Shown: piece by piece, positions 37,932 to 48,049 of the stretch
How positions within the stretch are numbered: position 1 is the stretch's first letter
Layout: every line of letters starts with the position of its first letter
Assembly (NCBI GenBank): GCA_039586795.1
Contig: JBDHJS010000026.1
Coordinates: 1,758-65,757, forward strand
Direction of reading: 5' to 3'
DNA: 64,000 bases
Source: Gemmatimonadota bacterium
GTDB lineage: Bacteria; Gemmatimonadota; Gemmatimonadetes; Palauibacterales; KS3-K002
Notes under the pieces: generated by a model
The model's input: only the letters and a program-made list of their open reading frames with translations
Told to the model about the DNA's origin: nothing
Databases searched by the model: none
Position numbers and translations under genes: made by a program

Positions 37932-39525
37932 TCACTCGGCAAGACGAGCCCGGCCCGCTTTGACGCGGCTGAGCAGTAGAAGCATGACCGCCGCGAAGAT
38001 AGCGACCAGGCCAGAACGCACATCGGCTCCCAGGTCCTGAAGCGGCTCCAGCCCGGTGGCCACTCGCTGACGCTTCCAGCCTGGCCCGCCGGGTCTCGTT
38101 CGGCGATAGAACTCGTTGAGTGTCTCCTGCGACTCGGGCCGCGTGAGGAACATCGCCGGAATCCAGATCGCGGCCGAGCCGAACGCGGTCACCGCCAGGC
38201 GCACGCCGAAGTCCATGTCGCCAAACGCCGGCAGATAAGACAGAAGCGCAATGCCCATACCGGCGAACATCGCCGCCAGCTCGGCCCACGCATTCACCCT
38301 CCACCAGAACCATCTCAGTATCAACACGGCGCCTGGTCCCGTGCCGATGGCAATCATGAAACGAAAAACGGTGCCTATGTCCTGAGCGAAAAAGGCCGCG
38401 GTACCGGCGAGCGCGACGATAACGACCGAGGCCAGGCGACCCACACGCACACGCTCCCGGTCACCAGCATCGGGATGCGCCCAACGCACGTATAGATCGT
38501 TCACGATGTAGCTGGCGCCCCAATTGATCAGCGTAGAGACGGTGGACATGAAGGCGGCGACCAATTTCGGGGTCGGCCAGATTCGGGTACAGGATTACCG
38601 CAACGAGCGCCACGATGATCCACGGCCAGGTCCGAACGGCGTAGTGCAGGACGTTGAAGAGCCAGCCTGCCTTCTGCGCGTCCGCCTCTGTCTTCGAGGC
38701 GATGAAACGCTGGATGAACTGGCCGCCACCGTCGGTATTTCGGAACGCCCACCATTGGATCCCGATGTAGGCGAGGAATGTCGTCATCGATAGTTGCGCA
38801 ACGTCGGACCAGGGCATGAAGTTCAGACTATCGCCAAGCCCGCGCTCTACTAACATCGCCTTCATGCCCGAGATACCGCCCACATCGGGCAGCGCGAAGA
38901 AGGCGACGAGCAGCGCGCCAACCAGCGCGAGAACGAATTGAATGAAGTCGGTGGCCACGACTCCCCACAGACCCGCCAGTCCGGCGTAGATCAACACGAA
39001 CACCGACAGCGCCACGACGATCCATATGCGCGGTTCGCCGGGAAGACTGATCGCCATGGCATCCCATAGTCCGAGCGCCTCGATCACCTTCCGCATGGCG
39101 AGCATCGCGTAGCCCATACCGATGCAATTGATGGGCACAGCGAAGATGAAGGCTCGGGATCCCCTCAGCAGCGCAGCCGGCGCACCACCATACCGCAGTT
39201 CGGTCAGCTCTATGTCCGTCACTACTTCACTACGACGCCAGAGTCGCGCGAAGAGGTAGATCATCAGCACGTGCGTGATCGCGAATGCCCACCATTCCCA
39301 GTTGCCCGCGATGCCGCGACGAGCGACGAGACCCGTCACATAGAGCGGCGTATCGACACTGAACGTCGTGGCGGCCATCGAGGTCCCGGCAAGCCACCAC
39401 GGCAACGCTCTTCCTCCGATGAAGAACTCAGCGAAGCTCTTCGCGCCGCGGCGCGAAAACCAGATTCCTATGAAGAGAGTGCCAACCAGGTAGGCGGCGA
39501 TGACCAGCCAATCGATGGCCGTCAT
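37932..39525 (-). pseudogene. Sodium:solute symporter split by an internal deletion/frameshift near 38560
   Basis: N-half MTAIDW...FFIGGR.LPWWLAG.SM.ATTF..DTPL to LYPNLADPEIG; C-half LVAAFMSTVSTLINWGASY...LRWFWWRVN is in another frame. Confidence 0.75.
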
Positions 39526-40988
39526 CGATCGAGCGACCCCACCAGCCGTGCCGCCACGGCCTCCTGCATGAGCGGATCGCCATTCCAAGCACATATAACG
39601 TTCGCCGCCGCGGGCAGCTGATCGGCTAGCCGCGGGTGCCCGAACAGAATCAGCGTTGCATCGAATGACCGATCCAAACCACGAGTGACCTCGTCGATAG
39701 TCGAAGCGGCGAGCCCTGATCGACCCTTCCATCCCCTCACTTCGGAGAACAGAGCCACAAGATCGCCCCCTGCCCCGCCCGACTCGGAGTCGTTCACCGC
39801 CACATCGCGCTGCTCCAACGCTCGCTCCAGTACACCCCGATCCGGACTCGCACCCGTAGGCCCGGCAAACGGCGCGGCCTCGATGGCGACGGCGTCATCA
39901 TCCACCACCTGCAGGTTGACCTTCTGAGCCGGCCGCAGCTCTGGGAAGGTGCCACGGACTTGCATCACCGACGCAGCGGCCATTTCCAGGGCGCGCTCGT
40001 GGCTTGGCGCCGGTATAAGATCATCTCCGACGAACGGCACCGACTCCGCCACGATCTCGATGCGCCTAACAGCCGATCCAACCCTATCATCGGTGAGCGT
40101 CCCATCGTGCAGCGCTTCGTTCAGCGCAACCACGGTCGCCTCCGCCGAGCTCGGGTAGAGCACAGCATCGCAGCCGGCTCGAACAGCTTCAACGGTCGCC
40201 TGCGTGGGTGTCAGACCGACGGCGGACACCGCCTCCATGATCATCGCATCCGTTACGATGAGTCCGCGGAAACCCAACTCTTCGCGCAGCAATCCGATGA
40301 TCTCCGGCGACAGGCTCGCCGGCTTGCCCGACGGATCGATCGTCGGATACGCCACGTGCGCCATCATGATGGACTGGACGCCCGCCTCAATCGCTGCGCG
40401 GAATGCCGTAATGTCGTGCTCTAGCTCCTGTCGATTGACGTCCACTACCGGGAGTTCCTGGTGAGAATCGACCGTGGTACGGCCATGACCCGGAAAGTGT
40501 TTGGCGCACGCGATGACGCCTTCCGCCTGCGCCGCTTTCACCCAACTCCTCACCTGGTCCGCCACAGCCAGGACGCCAGACCCGAAGCTGCGCGTTCCGA
40601 TGATCGGGTTGGCCGGCTCGACATCGAGGTCGGCCACCGGACCAAGGATCCACGAGATCCCGGCCGAAGCGGCCTCCTGCGCTGTCAATCGAGCGGCCTC
40701 GAACAGCGCCTGGTCGTCCAGGTTCGATAGCGCTGCCGCAGGAGGCAACGGCGTCGCCTCGGCAAGCTGCTGACCGGCGCCCCGTTCGAGATCTGCCGCG
40801 AACAGCAATGGGCGTCCCGCATGCTCGTTCGCTTGTGTCACCAGCTTCTGCATGGCGGTGACGCCACCGCCAAACACGACAAAGCCACCGACGCCCAGCT
40901 CGACGGTACTTCGCACCTCCGGCCACACCTCGTCGACACTGCGGCCGCTCCAGCGAAGGGCAGGAAAGACGAGCCGAGCCGGGTTCAT
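39522..40988 (-). CDS. nagZ: GH3 beta-N-acetylhexosaminidase
   Basis: ADLERG, GTRSFG, KHFPGHG...DSH, MMAHV and TDAM motifs; next to anmK/murQ. Confidence 0.88.
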   Translation of the reverse strand: MNPARLVFPALRWSGRSVDEVWPEVRSTVELGVGGFVVFGGGVTAMQKLVTQANEHAGRPLLFAADLERGAGQQLAEATPLPPAAALSNLDDQALFEAARLTAQEAASAGISWILGPVADLDVEPANPIIGTRSFGSGVLAVADQVRSWVKAAQAEGVIACAKHFPGHGRTTVDSHQELPVVDVNRQELEHDITAFRAAIEAGVQSIMMAHVAYPTIDPSGKPASLSPEIIGLLREELGFRGLIVTDAMIMEAVSAVGLTPTQATVEAVRAGCDAVLYPSSAEATVVALNEALHDGTLTDDRVGSAVRRIEIVAESVPFVGDDLIPAPSHERALEMAAASVMQVRGTFPELRPAQKVNLQVVDDDAVAIEAAPFAGPTGASPDRGVLERALEQRDVAVNDSESGGAGGDLVALFSEVRGWKGRSGLAASTIDEVTRGLDRSFDATLILFGHPRLADQLPAAANVICAWNGDPLMQEAVAARLVGSLDR

Positions 40989-42127
40989 GGGGGCGTAAGC
41001 TTCCCGAGCAAGCGCGGACCCCCGGCGCCCGTTACTGAAGGCAGGTTGCCCGGCTCTCCCGCCTGGAAGAGGTGGGCGAGAATCGCAAACGCCGCCGCCT
41101 CCTTGGCGTCCGGGTCCCAACCGAGCGCTGACAGATCGGTCACCGGAATCGGGTCGAGCCGTTCGGACAGCATCGCCATGAGCGCCGGGTTGCGCGCACC
41201 ACCGCCGGACACGATGCACTCACCGGGGGTCAGCTCGGCCGGCACCAGTTTACCGTACGAATCGGCGATTGCCTGCGCCGTCAATGCCGTGGCGCTCGCT
41301 ACCAGATCATCATCAGTCAGGCCCAACTCCCTCCCGTGCCCGATCAGGTCTACGGCGTAGGGCTCCCCATAGCGCTCGCGGCCGGTGGACTTGGGGGGAG
41401 GCTGCCCGAAGTAGGGGTCGTCCAGCAAGGCAGCGATCAACTCATCGCTGACACGCCCTGCGAACGCGCGCTGCCCGTCTTCATCTAAGCGCTCGTTCCC
41501 GTCGCTGAGGATCTCCACCACCGAGTCGATAACAACAACACCGGGGCCGGTATCGAACGCGATGATAGGCGCGTCAGACCCCTCCGGCGGCAAGATCGTC
41601 ACGTTGGCGATGCCTCCGATGTTCTGCATCGCGCGCGTGCCGTCGGATATCGAGAACAGAAGTTGATCAACGATCGGGACCAGCGGCGCTCCATGGCCTC
41701 CGGCCGCAACGTCTCTGGCCCTGAAGTCCGATATGACCGGCGCGCCGAGCCGTTCGGCGATCACCGCCGGTTCACCCAGCTGCATCGTTGCGCCCGACCG
41801 CCCGGCAACAGGCGGCTCATGCCAAATCGTCTGACCGTGACTACCGACGGCCGCGATATCCGTAGCCGAGACACCCGCGGCTTCGAGCAATCGCTCCGCC
41901 GCCGTTGCGAACCACTCGCCGAGTATCACGTTCACGCGGCAAAGCTGCTCAGCATCTCCGGATAGAGATTGCTTCAGCAGCTGTCGCTGTTCCGGCTGAT
42001 ACGAGATCGAGATGAACGCTTCGAGCCGGGCACCGAGCTGACCGTCACGCACATCGATTTCGACCAGTGCCGCGTCGATGCCATCGAGGGAGGTGCCGGA
42101 CATCAATCCGAGGTAGGTGAGCGACAT
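40985..42127 (-). CDS. anmK: Anhydro-N-acetylmuramic acid kinase
   Basis: GLMSGTSLDGID, GSHGQT, DFR..D.AAGG.GAPL, NIGGIAN, FDTGPG, KSTGRE, GGGA.N and KEA motifs. Confidence 0.96.
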   Translation of the reverse strand: MSLTYLGLMSGTSLDGIDAALVEIDVRDGQLGARLEAFISISYQPEQRQLLKQSLSGDAEQLCRVNVILGEWFATAAERLLEAAGVSATDIAAVGSHGQTIWHEPPVAGRSGATMQLGEPAVIAERLGAPVISDFRARDVAAGGHGAPLVPIVDQLLFSISDGTRAMQNIGGIANVTILPPEGSDAPIIAFDTGPGVVVIDSVVEILSDGNERLDEDGQRAFAGRVSDELIAALLDDPYFGQPPPKSTGRERYGEPYAVDLIGHGRELGLTDDDLVASATALTAQAIADSYGKLVPAELTPGECIVSGGGARNPALMAMLSERLDPIPVTDLSALGWDPDAKEAAAFAILAHLFQAGEPGNLPSVTGAGGPRLLGKLTPP

Positions 42128-42134
42128 ATTGTAT

Positions 42135-43580
42135 CTACTTGGCCAGGAGGTTCTGTATCGCCTGCAAGTGATGCTCGTCGTGTCGGACCAGGTGCCTCAA
42201 GAGCTGATACAGCGATATCTTCCCGTAGGCCTCATGCCTGCCAGTCCGCGCAAAATCATCGTCCGGGATCTCCTCGACCTGGAACGACAACGCCGCCCTT
42301 CCGTCAGCCAGCCGTCTCAGCAACATGGCGATGGGAGCGCCGCGCGCCCCCGTGCCGCCGATCTTCTTGTTAGCCTCTTCATCATTCCGATCGGCAATCG
42401 ACGGATCCTCTTGCGTTAGCATCGACCCGATCCGCTCGCCCATCATCAGATCACAGTCTATCAAATGCTCGATGTGTTCCTTCACGCACCACTTCTCTTC
42501 TCCCGGCCGTTGCCGCAGCTCCTTGTTCTCCACATCCGTTATCAGGTGGCTGATTCGGCGGGGAAGGTCACGAAGCAGCGAGCGCGTTAGTTCCAAGCTC
42601 GCCTCGTTCGGCGGCTCAAGAGCGTACAGTCCATAAGGACTATCGCCCGCAACCCACGCTTCTCGCTCCTGCGCACCGATCTCGATCGCGCCTCCCACGA
42701 ATCCATCCGCTTCCGTTAGGTAGAGATCCGCCAGTTCCTGAGCGACCCCGACCTTTTCCATGACGATAGCATGCTTCACAGAACCCGCAGCATCCTTGAT
42801 ACTTCGCAGCGCTCGATCGCGCGAGCAACCCGTCGCAGCCATCACGATGCGCTGGCTTCGATCGACCAGTTTGTCGCTCATCGCCTGCAAGTCGACCATC
42901 AGGTTGCCGTAGACTTTGCCCAACCGAATCATCGCGCCCGTCGTGATCGAATTGAGCACGAGCTTCGTAGCGGTACCCGCTTTCATCCTCGTCGAGCCGG
43001 CGATGACCTCAGGCCCGACGAGCGGTACGACGCAGACGTCGACCGCCTCGCGCATCTCGCTTCCCGGCTCCGTGCAACAGAGAAAACCTGTGCGTGCACC
43101 AAGCTCCGTCGCCCGGCTGAGTGCGCCACGAACGAAAGGTGTCGTGCTCGACGTAGCGATACCGAAAACAAAGTCCGTGGTGTCGGTATTCGCCTCATCG
43201 ATCGCCCTGGCTCCGTCCTCGCCGCTATCTTCCGCACCTTCCTGGCTTCGGACCAGCGCCACATAACCACCGGCGATGATTCCCTGAACCATCTCCGGAT
43301 CCGTCCCGAAGGTCGGCGGACACTCCGCTGCATCCAAAACGCCGAGTCGACCACTCGTGCCAGCGCCCACATAGATCAGGCGGCCGCCTCTCCCGAAGCA
43401 TTCCACCGCCAACTCGATGGCCCGCGCTATGCTCTCGCGCTCGGCCTGGACCGCCTGGGGAACCTGACGATCCTCGCTGTTGATGAGGTCGACGATCTCG
43501 AGCGGACTGGCGCGGTCGATGCCGACTGTCCGTGGATTGCGGTGTTCAGTGAGCCGATCGTCGAAAAGGTCGTCTGACAT
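42135..43580 (-). CDS. murQ: N-acetylmuramic acid 6-phosphate etherase with C-terminal DinB-like domain
   Basis: LTE.RNP, GAGTSGRLG.LDAAECPPTF, EGAED, GPE...GSTRMKAGT and NLMVD motifs; extra ~170 aa with KW...EHIEHL...HLVRHDEHH. Confidence 0.9.
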   Translation of the reverse strand: MSDDLFDDRLTEHRNPRTVGIDRASPLEIVDLINSEDRQVPQAVQAERESIARAIELAVECFGRGGRLIYVGAGTSGRLGVLDAAECPPTFGTDPEMVQGIIAGGYVALVRSQEGAEDSGEDGARAIDEANTDTTDFVFGIATSSTTPFVRGALSRATELGARTGFLCCTEPGSEMREAVDVCVVPLVGPEVIAGSTRMKAGTATKLVLNSITTGAMIRLGKVYGNLMVDLQAMSDKLVDRSQRIVMAATGCSRDRALRSIKDAAGSVKHAIVMEKVGVAQELADLYLTEADGFVGGAIEIGAQEREAWVAGDSPYGLYALEPPNEASLELTRSLLRDLPRRISHLITDVENKELRQRPGEEKWCVKEHIEHLIDCDLMMGERIGSMLTQEDPSIADRNDEEANKKIGGTGARGAPIAMLLRRLADGRAALSFQVEEIPDDDFARTGRHEAYGKISLYQLLRHLVRHDEHHLQAIQNLLAK

Positions 43581-43583
43581 CAA

Positions 43584-44144
43584 TCAACCGCCGCCGCCCG
43601 GTGGAAAACTGCCCAGAATCTTGGCCACGGCGTTGTCCAGGGCTCGCTGTGCTTCTTCTGGAGATGCCCGCTCCGTAATCGAATCAGTAACCGAACTTCG
43701 CCATACGAGCTTGTTTTCTCTCACGTCGATGAAGTCGATGATCAGTGTGCCTTCGTCCCACTCGTTTACGTAGGTCTGGGTAGCGCCGTAGCCTCCGTAC
43801 CAACCCCAGCCGTAACCATAGTGCGTGGTCACGGTGTTCACGCTCACCTTGCCGTCGATGGCGCCGTGCCACGCCACAAGGAAGTCCGGGTCCCCGGTGA
43901 TCACCTCGCTGTAACCCTTGGCCTGAAGCGCCCTATCGACCGCAACTTTCACACGGCCTTCTACGATGCTGTTGTACACTCGCGGGTCCAGCTCACCCTC
44001 GTCTGTACGCTCGGCCCACACATACGTCTGCCAGCCCGAGAAATCCGCCTCCGGATCATAGTCCGTGGAGACCTTCAAACCACCGCATGCTCCCACAGTT
44101 AAGGCGCAGGCCAGCACCGTGATCGAACCGCAGTATCTCATCAT
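43584..44144 (-). CDS. DUF4136 lipoprotein
   Basis: VGAC lipobox; DYDP..DFS, EGTLIID..D....LVWR and FPP motifs. Confidence 0.85.
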   Translation of the reverse strand: MMRYCGSITVLACALTVGACGGLKVSTDYDPEADFSGWQTYVWAERTDEGELDPRVYNSIVEGRVKVAVDRALQAKGYSEVITGDPDFLVAWHGAIDGKVSVNTVTTHYGYGWGWYGGYGATQTYVNEWDEGTLIIDFIDVRENKLVWRSSVTDSITERASPEEAQRALDNAVAKILGSFPPGGGG

Positions 44145-44317
44145 CGAACCTCCCTACCAGTGATAGGTTGCGCCGAACCCTCAAAATCCATCTGCGCGAA
44201 GGAAATTGTAAGGCACCCCAACCCACGACGGCTAGGGGGAGGGGCTACGCACTGGCGCCGGTAGGGTGAATTTACCTAAAGTGTGCAGGTTACACTGGAA
44301 TAGACGGAAGGAGGAGG

Positions 44318-45499
44318 ATGGAACTGCTGTCGAAGGCGGAAGCCATGGCGTCCGAGTTGGTCGAAACGCGGCGCGACATACACGCAAACCCGGAACTCGC
44401 ATTTCAGGAGACCCGCACTTCGGCGCTTGTGGCTGAACGGCTCAAGCAGTTGGGATACGAGGTTCGGACCGGCGTCGGTGTTACAGGCTGTGTCGGCGAG
44501 CTGGTCACCGGGAAAGGCCGCACAGTCGCACTGCGGGCCGACATGGATGCGCTACCGATCCAGGAGGCCAACGACGTCCCCTATCGATCTCGCAGCGATG
44601 GCATCATGCACGCTTGCGGTCACGATGCCCACGTAACCTGTTTGCTGGGCGCGGCGCGGCTGTTGGCGGAGGCCGCCAGCGATGGCAAGCTGGCGAAGGG
44701 GCGCGTACGGCTGCTTTTCCAACCTTCGGAAGAGACCACCGATGCGGAAAACGTCGGTGGCGCCAAGCGGATGATCGAGGACGGCGCCATGAAGGACGTC
44801 GATGCCGTCATCGGTCTGCACGTAGCTTCCGAATCGCCGGTCGGCCAGGTCCTGTTCCTCGATGGCCCGCTAATGGCCGGCAATGACACTCTTCGCGGTA
44901 CTATTCTCGGCGCCAACGCACATGCGGCACTTCCCCACGAGGGGCTGGACGCGATCACGATCGCAAGCCAGGTGATCCAGGCAACGCACACCATCGTATC
45001 GCGACGTGTAGATCCTCTGGAGCCAGCTGTGATCACGTTCGGCATGATCGAAGGCGGCACGGCCGAGAACATCATCGCCGCCGAGGTCCGGCTCTCGGGC
45101 ACGCTCCGCTACTTCGATTTCGATGGGCGAGACATACTGCACGAGGAGCTGCGACGAGCCTTTGCCATCGCCAGCGCACTCGGCGGTGAGGGTCGCATCG
45201 AGATTCGGGCTGGTAACCCGCCGGTGGTGAACGACGCCAGCCTGACGTCACTGGTTCGAGAGGCGGCCAAGGAGACAGTTGGCGCCAAAGCGATCGGTGT
45301 CGCCGACCAGATGATGGGTGCCGAGGACTTCGCCTTTCTCGCACAAGAGGCGCCGGGCTGTTTCTACTGGCTGGGCGCCGGAATCGAAGGCGACCCGCGC
45401 AGTCATCACCACCCGCGCTTCGACATAGACGAACGTTGTCTCCCGATGGGCGCTGCAACTCTGGCGGCCGCCGCACAGAAGGTTCTGGCCGAGTGGTAG
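44318..45499 (+). CDS. M20D amidohydrolase
   Basis: RRDIH..PEL.FQE, LRADMDALP, MHACGHD, FQPSEE, AEDF and HHP.FD motifs. Confidence 0.92.
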   Translation: MELLSKAEAMASELVETRRDIHANPELAFQETRTSALVAERLKQLGYEVRTGVGVTGCVGELVTGKGRTVALRADMDALPIQEANDVPYRSRSDGIMHACGHDAHVTCLLGAARLLAEAASDGKLAKGRVRLLFQPSEETTDAENVGGAKRMIEDGAMKDVDAVIGLHVASESPVGQVLFLDGPLMAGNDTLRGTILGANAHAALPHEGLDAITIASQVIQATHTIVSRRVDPLEPAVITFGMIEGGTAENIIAAEVRLSGTLRYFDFDGRDILHEELRRAFAIASALGGEGRIEIRAGNPPVVNDASLTSLVREAAKETVGAKAIGVADQMMGAEDFAFLAQEAPGCFYWLGAGIEGDPRSHHHPRFDIDERCLPMGAATLAAAAQKVLAEW

Positions 45500-46170
45500 T
45501 GGCGCCAACGATCTCGACGCGCCGTCGAGTGCGCGCTCTGAATCGGCGACTCGAGAAGATTTTTGGGCCGCCGGAGAAGAAACGTCTTGAACCACTGGAC
45601 GAGTTGATGCTCACGATCCTCAGCCAGAGCACGTCTGACACCAATCGCGACCGCGCCTACGACCGGTTGCGCGACCGCATGCCCAAATGGGAGGATGTCC
45701 AGACGGCGCCACGTCATGAGGTCGAGGACGCTATTCGCCCCGCCGGTCTCTGGAAGCAGAAGGCACGAGTTCTACAAGAGACGCTCGACGCGCTGCTCAA
45801 GGGAAACGGCTCACTGGATTTGAAGCAACTCGACGACATGTCGGACGAAGAAGCCATAGCGTACTTGACCCGTCTCCGCGGCGTCGGTGTCAAGACGGCC
45901 GCCTGCGTGCTCTGTTTCGCTATGGGTAGAGACTATATGCCGGTCGATACCCACGTCTTGCGTGTCTCGAGGCGGCTTGGACTGATCGCGCCACGTGCGA
46001 CAGCTGACCAAGCCCATGACATATTGAACGAAGACGATTCGGTACCGCCGGAATTGCGGTTCTCTTTTCACATTCAACTGATACGTCATGGACGCGCTGT
46101 CTGCCGCGCCAATCGCCCCGCCTGCGATGAATGCGTCCTGGCCGATCTTTGCCCAAAGGTGGGCGTCTAG
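45493..46170 (+). CDS. nth: Endonuclease III family HhH-GPD glycosylase
   Basis: ILSQ.T.D, GVGVKTA, PVDTHV and C-x6-C-x2-C-x5-C (4Fe-4S) motifs; start approximate. Confidence 0.85.
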   Translation: MVVAPTISTRRRVRALNRRLEKIFGPPEKKRLEPLDELMLTILSQSTSDTNRDRAYDRLRDRMPKWEDVQTAPRHEVEDAIRPAGLWKQKARVLQETLDALLKGNGSLDLKQLDDMSDEEAIAYLTRLRGVGVKTAACVLCFAMGRDYMPVDTHVLRVSRRLGLIAPRATADQAHDILNEDDSVPPELRFSFHIQLIRHGRAVCRANRPACDECVLADLCPKVGV

Positions 46171-46187
46171 CTTTCCTGGAGGGACAC

Positions 46188-47963
46188 ATGAACAACCGCT
46201 GGACCACCCGCGCTCTGATCGCTTCCGTAGCCGCGCTCGCTATCGCCGCTGCGTGCACGCCACCACCGCAGGCGGGGCCTGCGGGATCAAGCTCTGGAAC
46301 CCGGATCAACTTCCCGTTCGACTGGGAGTTCCGCGGGCACGAGCCCTACGCAACCGGCACAACCGCGATGGTCGCGACAACAGATCTCCGGGCAACTCAA
46401 GTCGGCCGCGAAATCCTGCAGGCGGGAGGAAATGCTGTCGATGCGGCGGTGGCAGTGGGCTTCGCCCTTGCAGTGGTACACCCCGCTGCCGGCAACATAG
46501 GCGGTGGCGGCTTCGCCGTAGTCCGAACGGCCGGCGGCGAAACAGCCGCACTCGATTTCCGAGAGATGGCTCCTCTGTTCATCACGCCGGAGCATTTCCT
46601 CGATAACGAAGGCGTTCCCACCAACGCTTCGCGAGTCGGGTATCTAGCTTCGGGCGTGCCCGGCACCGTCGCCGGCCTCTACGACCTGCACGTCCGCTTC
46701 GGCAGCATGCCCTGGAGCGAACTGATGGAGCCGGCGATCGATCTCGCTGAGACTGGCTTCACGGTGACCGAGCGACTCGAGAACGGGCTGCGGGCCAAAC
46801 AGGGACTACTCTCGCAGTTCCCAACGACGGCCGAGATCTTCTTCCCCGGCGGCGAGCCACCGCGGACTGGCTCCATATTCCGGCAGCCGATGTTGGCCAA
46901 CACGCTGCGCGCGATTTCGACGGGCGGCAAAAACGCCTTCTACAGAGGGCAAATAGCCGACTATATCGTGCAGGATATGCGTCAAAACGATGGCCTCATC
47001 ACCCGCGAGGACTTGCAGGGCTACGAGGCCGTGTGGCGCGATCCAATCGCCTTTGACTACAGAGGACACACGGTCATCTCCATGCCGCCACCTTCGTCCG
47101 GCGGCGTTACGATCGCTCAAACGCTGAACATCTTGGAGGGATATAATCTGGGGCAAATGGGCTTCAACACGCCCGAGTCTCTCCATCTGCAAGTCGAGGC
47201 TTTCCGTCGGGCGTTTGCCGACCGCAACTACTACATGGGCGATCCTGACTACGTCGACATTCCCGTGGAACAACTGGTCAGCGATGAGTACGCGTTAGAG
47301 CGGCGGGCGACTATCTCCCGAAATCGCGCGTCATCGTCGGAGCAGTTCAACCGCGTGCCGGTGCTCCACGAAGGGAGCAACACAACTCACTTCTCCATAG
47401 TTGATGGATTCGGCAACGCCGTTGCCCTGACCTACACCATCAACTCCAGCTATGGCTCCGGTGTCGTCGTCGATCGTGCCGGCTTCTTCCTGAACAACGA
47501 GCTGGACGACTTCACGATTCGCGCTGGCTACCCTAACCAGTTCGGTCTGGTTCAGAGTGACGCCAACCTGGTTGGCTCCGGTCGCCGCCCGCTCTCCTCG
47601 ATGACGCCGACCATCGTTCTGAACCCCGAAGGCCAACTCTTGATGGTCACCGGCTCGCCGGGCGGCGCCAAGATCATCACAGCGGTCGCTCAATCGATCA
47701 TCGGCGTCGTCGACTACGGAATGGATGTGCGCACTGCGGTCGACGCGCCACGCATCCACCACCAGCTGCTGCCTGATGAGATCCAGTTGGAAACGAACGG
47801 CATCGATGGATCGACGTATTCCGTGCTCCTTCAGATGGGCCACCGCGTCAAGCAGACCGGCACTTACTTCGCCGATGTGCAGCTCATCATCAGGGCGCCG
47901 GATGGCACGCTATACGGCGCCTCGGACCCACGGAACAAAGACGGGCGCGCGCTAGGTTATTGA
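46188..47963 (+). CDS. ggt: Gamma-glutamyltransferase
   Basis: GGNAVDAA, DFRE.AP, TTHFS (catalytic Thr), RPLSSMTP, GSPGG and ASDPR motifs. Confidence 0.95.
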   Translation: MNNRWTTRALIASVAALAIAAACTPPPQAGPAGSSSGTRINFPFDWEFRGHEPYATGTTAMVATTDLRATQVGREILQAGGNAVDAAVAVGFALAVVHPAAGNIGGGGFAVVRTAGGETAALDFREMAPLFITPEHFLDNEGVPTNASRVGYLASGVPGTVAGLYDLHVRFGSMPWSELMEPAIDLAETGFTVTERLENGLRAKQGLLSQFPTTAEIFFPGGEPPRTGSIFRQPMLANTLRAISTGGKNAFYRGQIADYIVQDMRQNDGLITREDLQGYEAVWRDPIAFDYRGHTVISMPPPSSGGVTIAQTLNILEGYNLGQMGFNTPESLHLQVEAFRRAFADRNYYMGDPDYVDIPVEQLVSDEYALERRATISRNRASSSEQFNRVPVLHEGSNTTHFSIVDGFGNAVALTYTINSSYGSGVVVDRAGFFLNNELDDFTIRAGYPNQFGLVQSDANLVGSGRRPLSSMTPTIVLNPEGQLLMVTGSPGGAKIITAVAQSIIGVVDYGMDVRTAVDAPRIHHQLLPDEIQLETNGIDGSTYSVLLQMGHRVKQTGTYFADVQLIIRAPDGTLYGASDPRNKDGRALGY

Positions 47964-47989
47964 TTCGGCATGGAAAGTGTGAACTCCTT

Positions 47990-48009
47990 TGAATTGTCGA
48001 AGCTGAATC
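47990..48009. repeat. Dispersed copy of the 29.1-kb inverted-repeat arm
   Basis: TGAATTGTCGAAGCTGA is identical (17 nt) to 29111-29127. Confidence 0.75.
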
Positions 48010-48049
48010 GGGGATCCAGCGTCTCGGAGATTCGGGAGTTCCCATCCAC

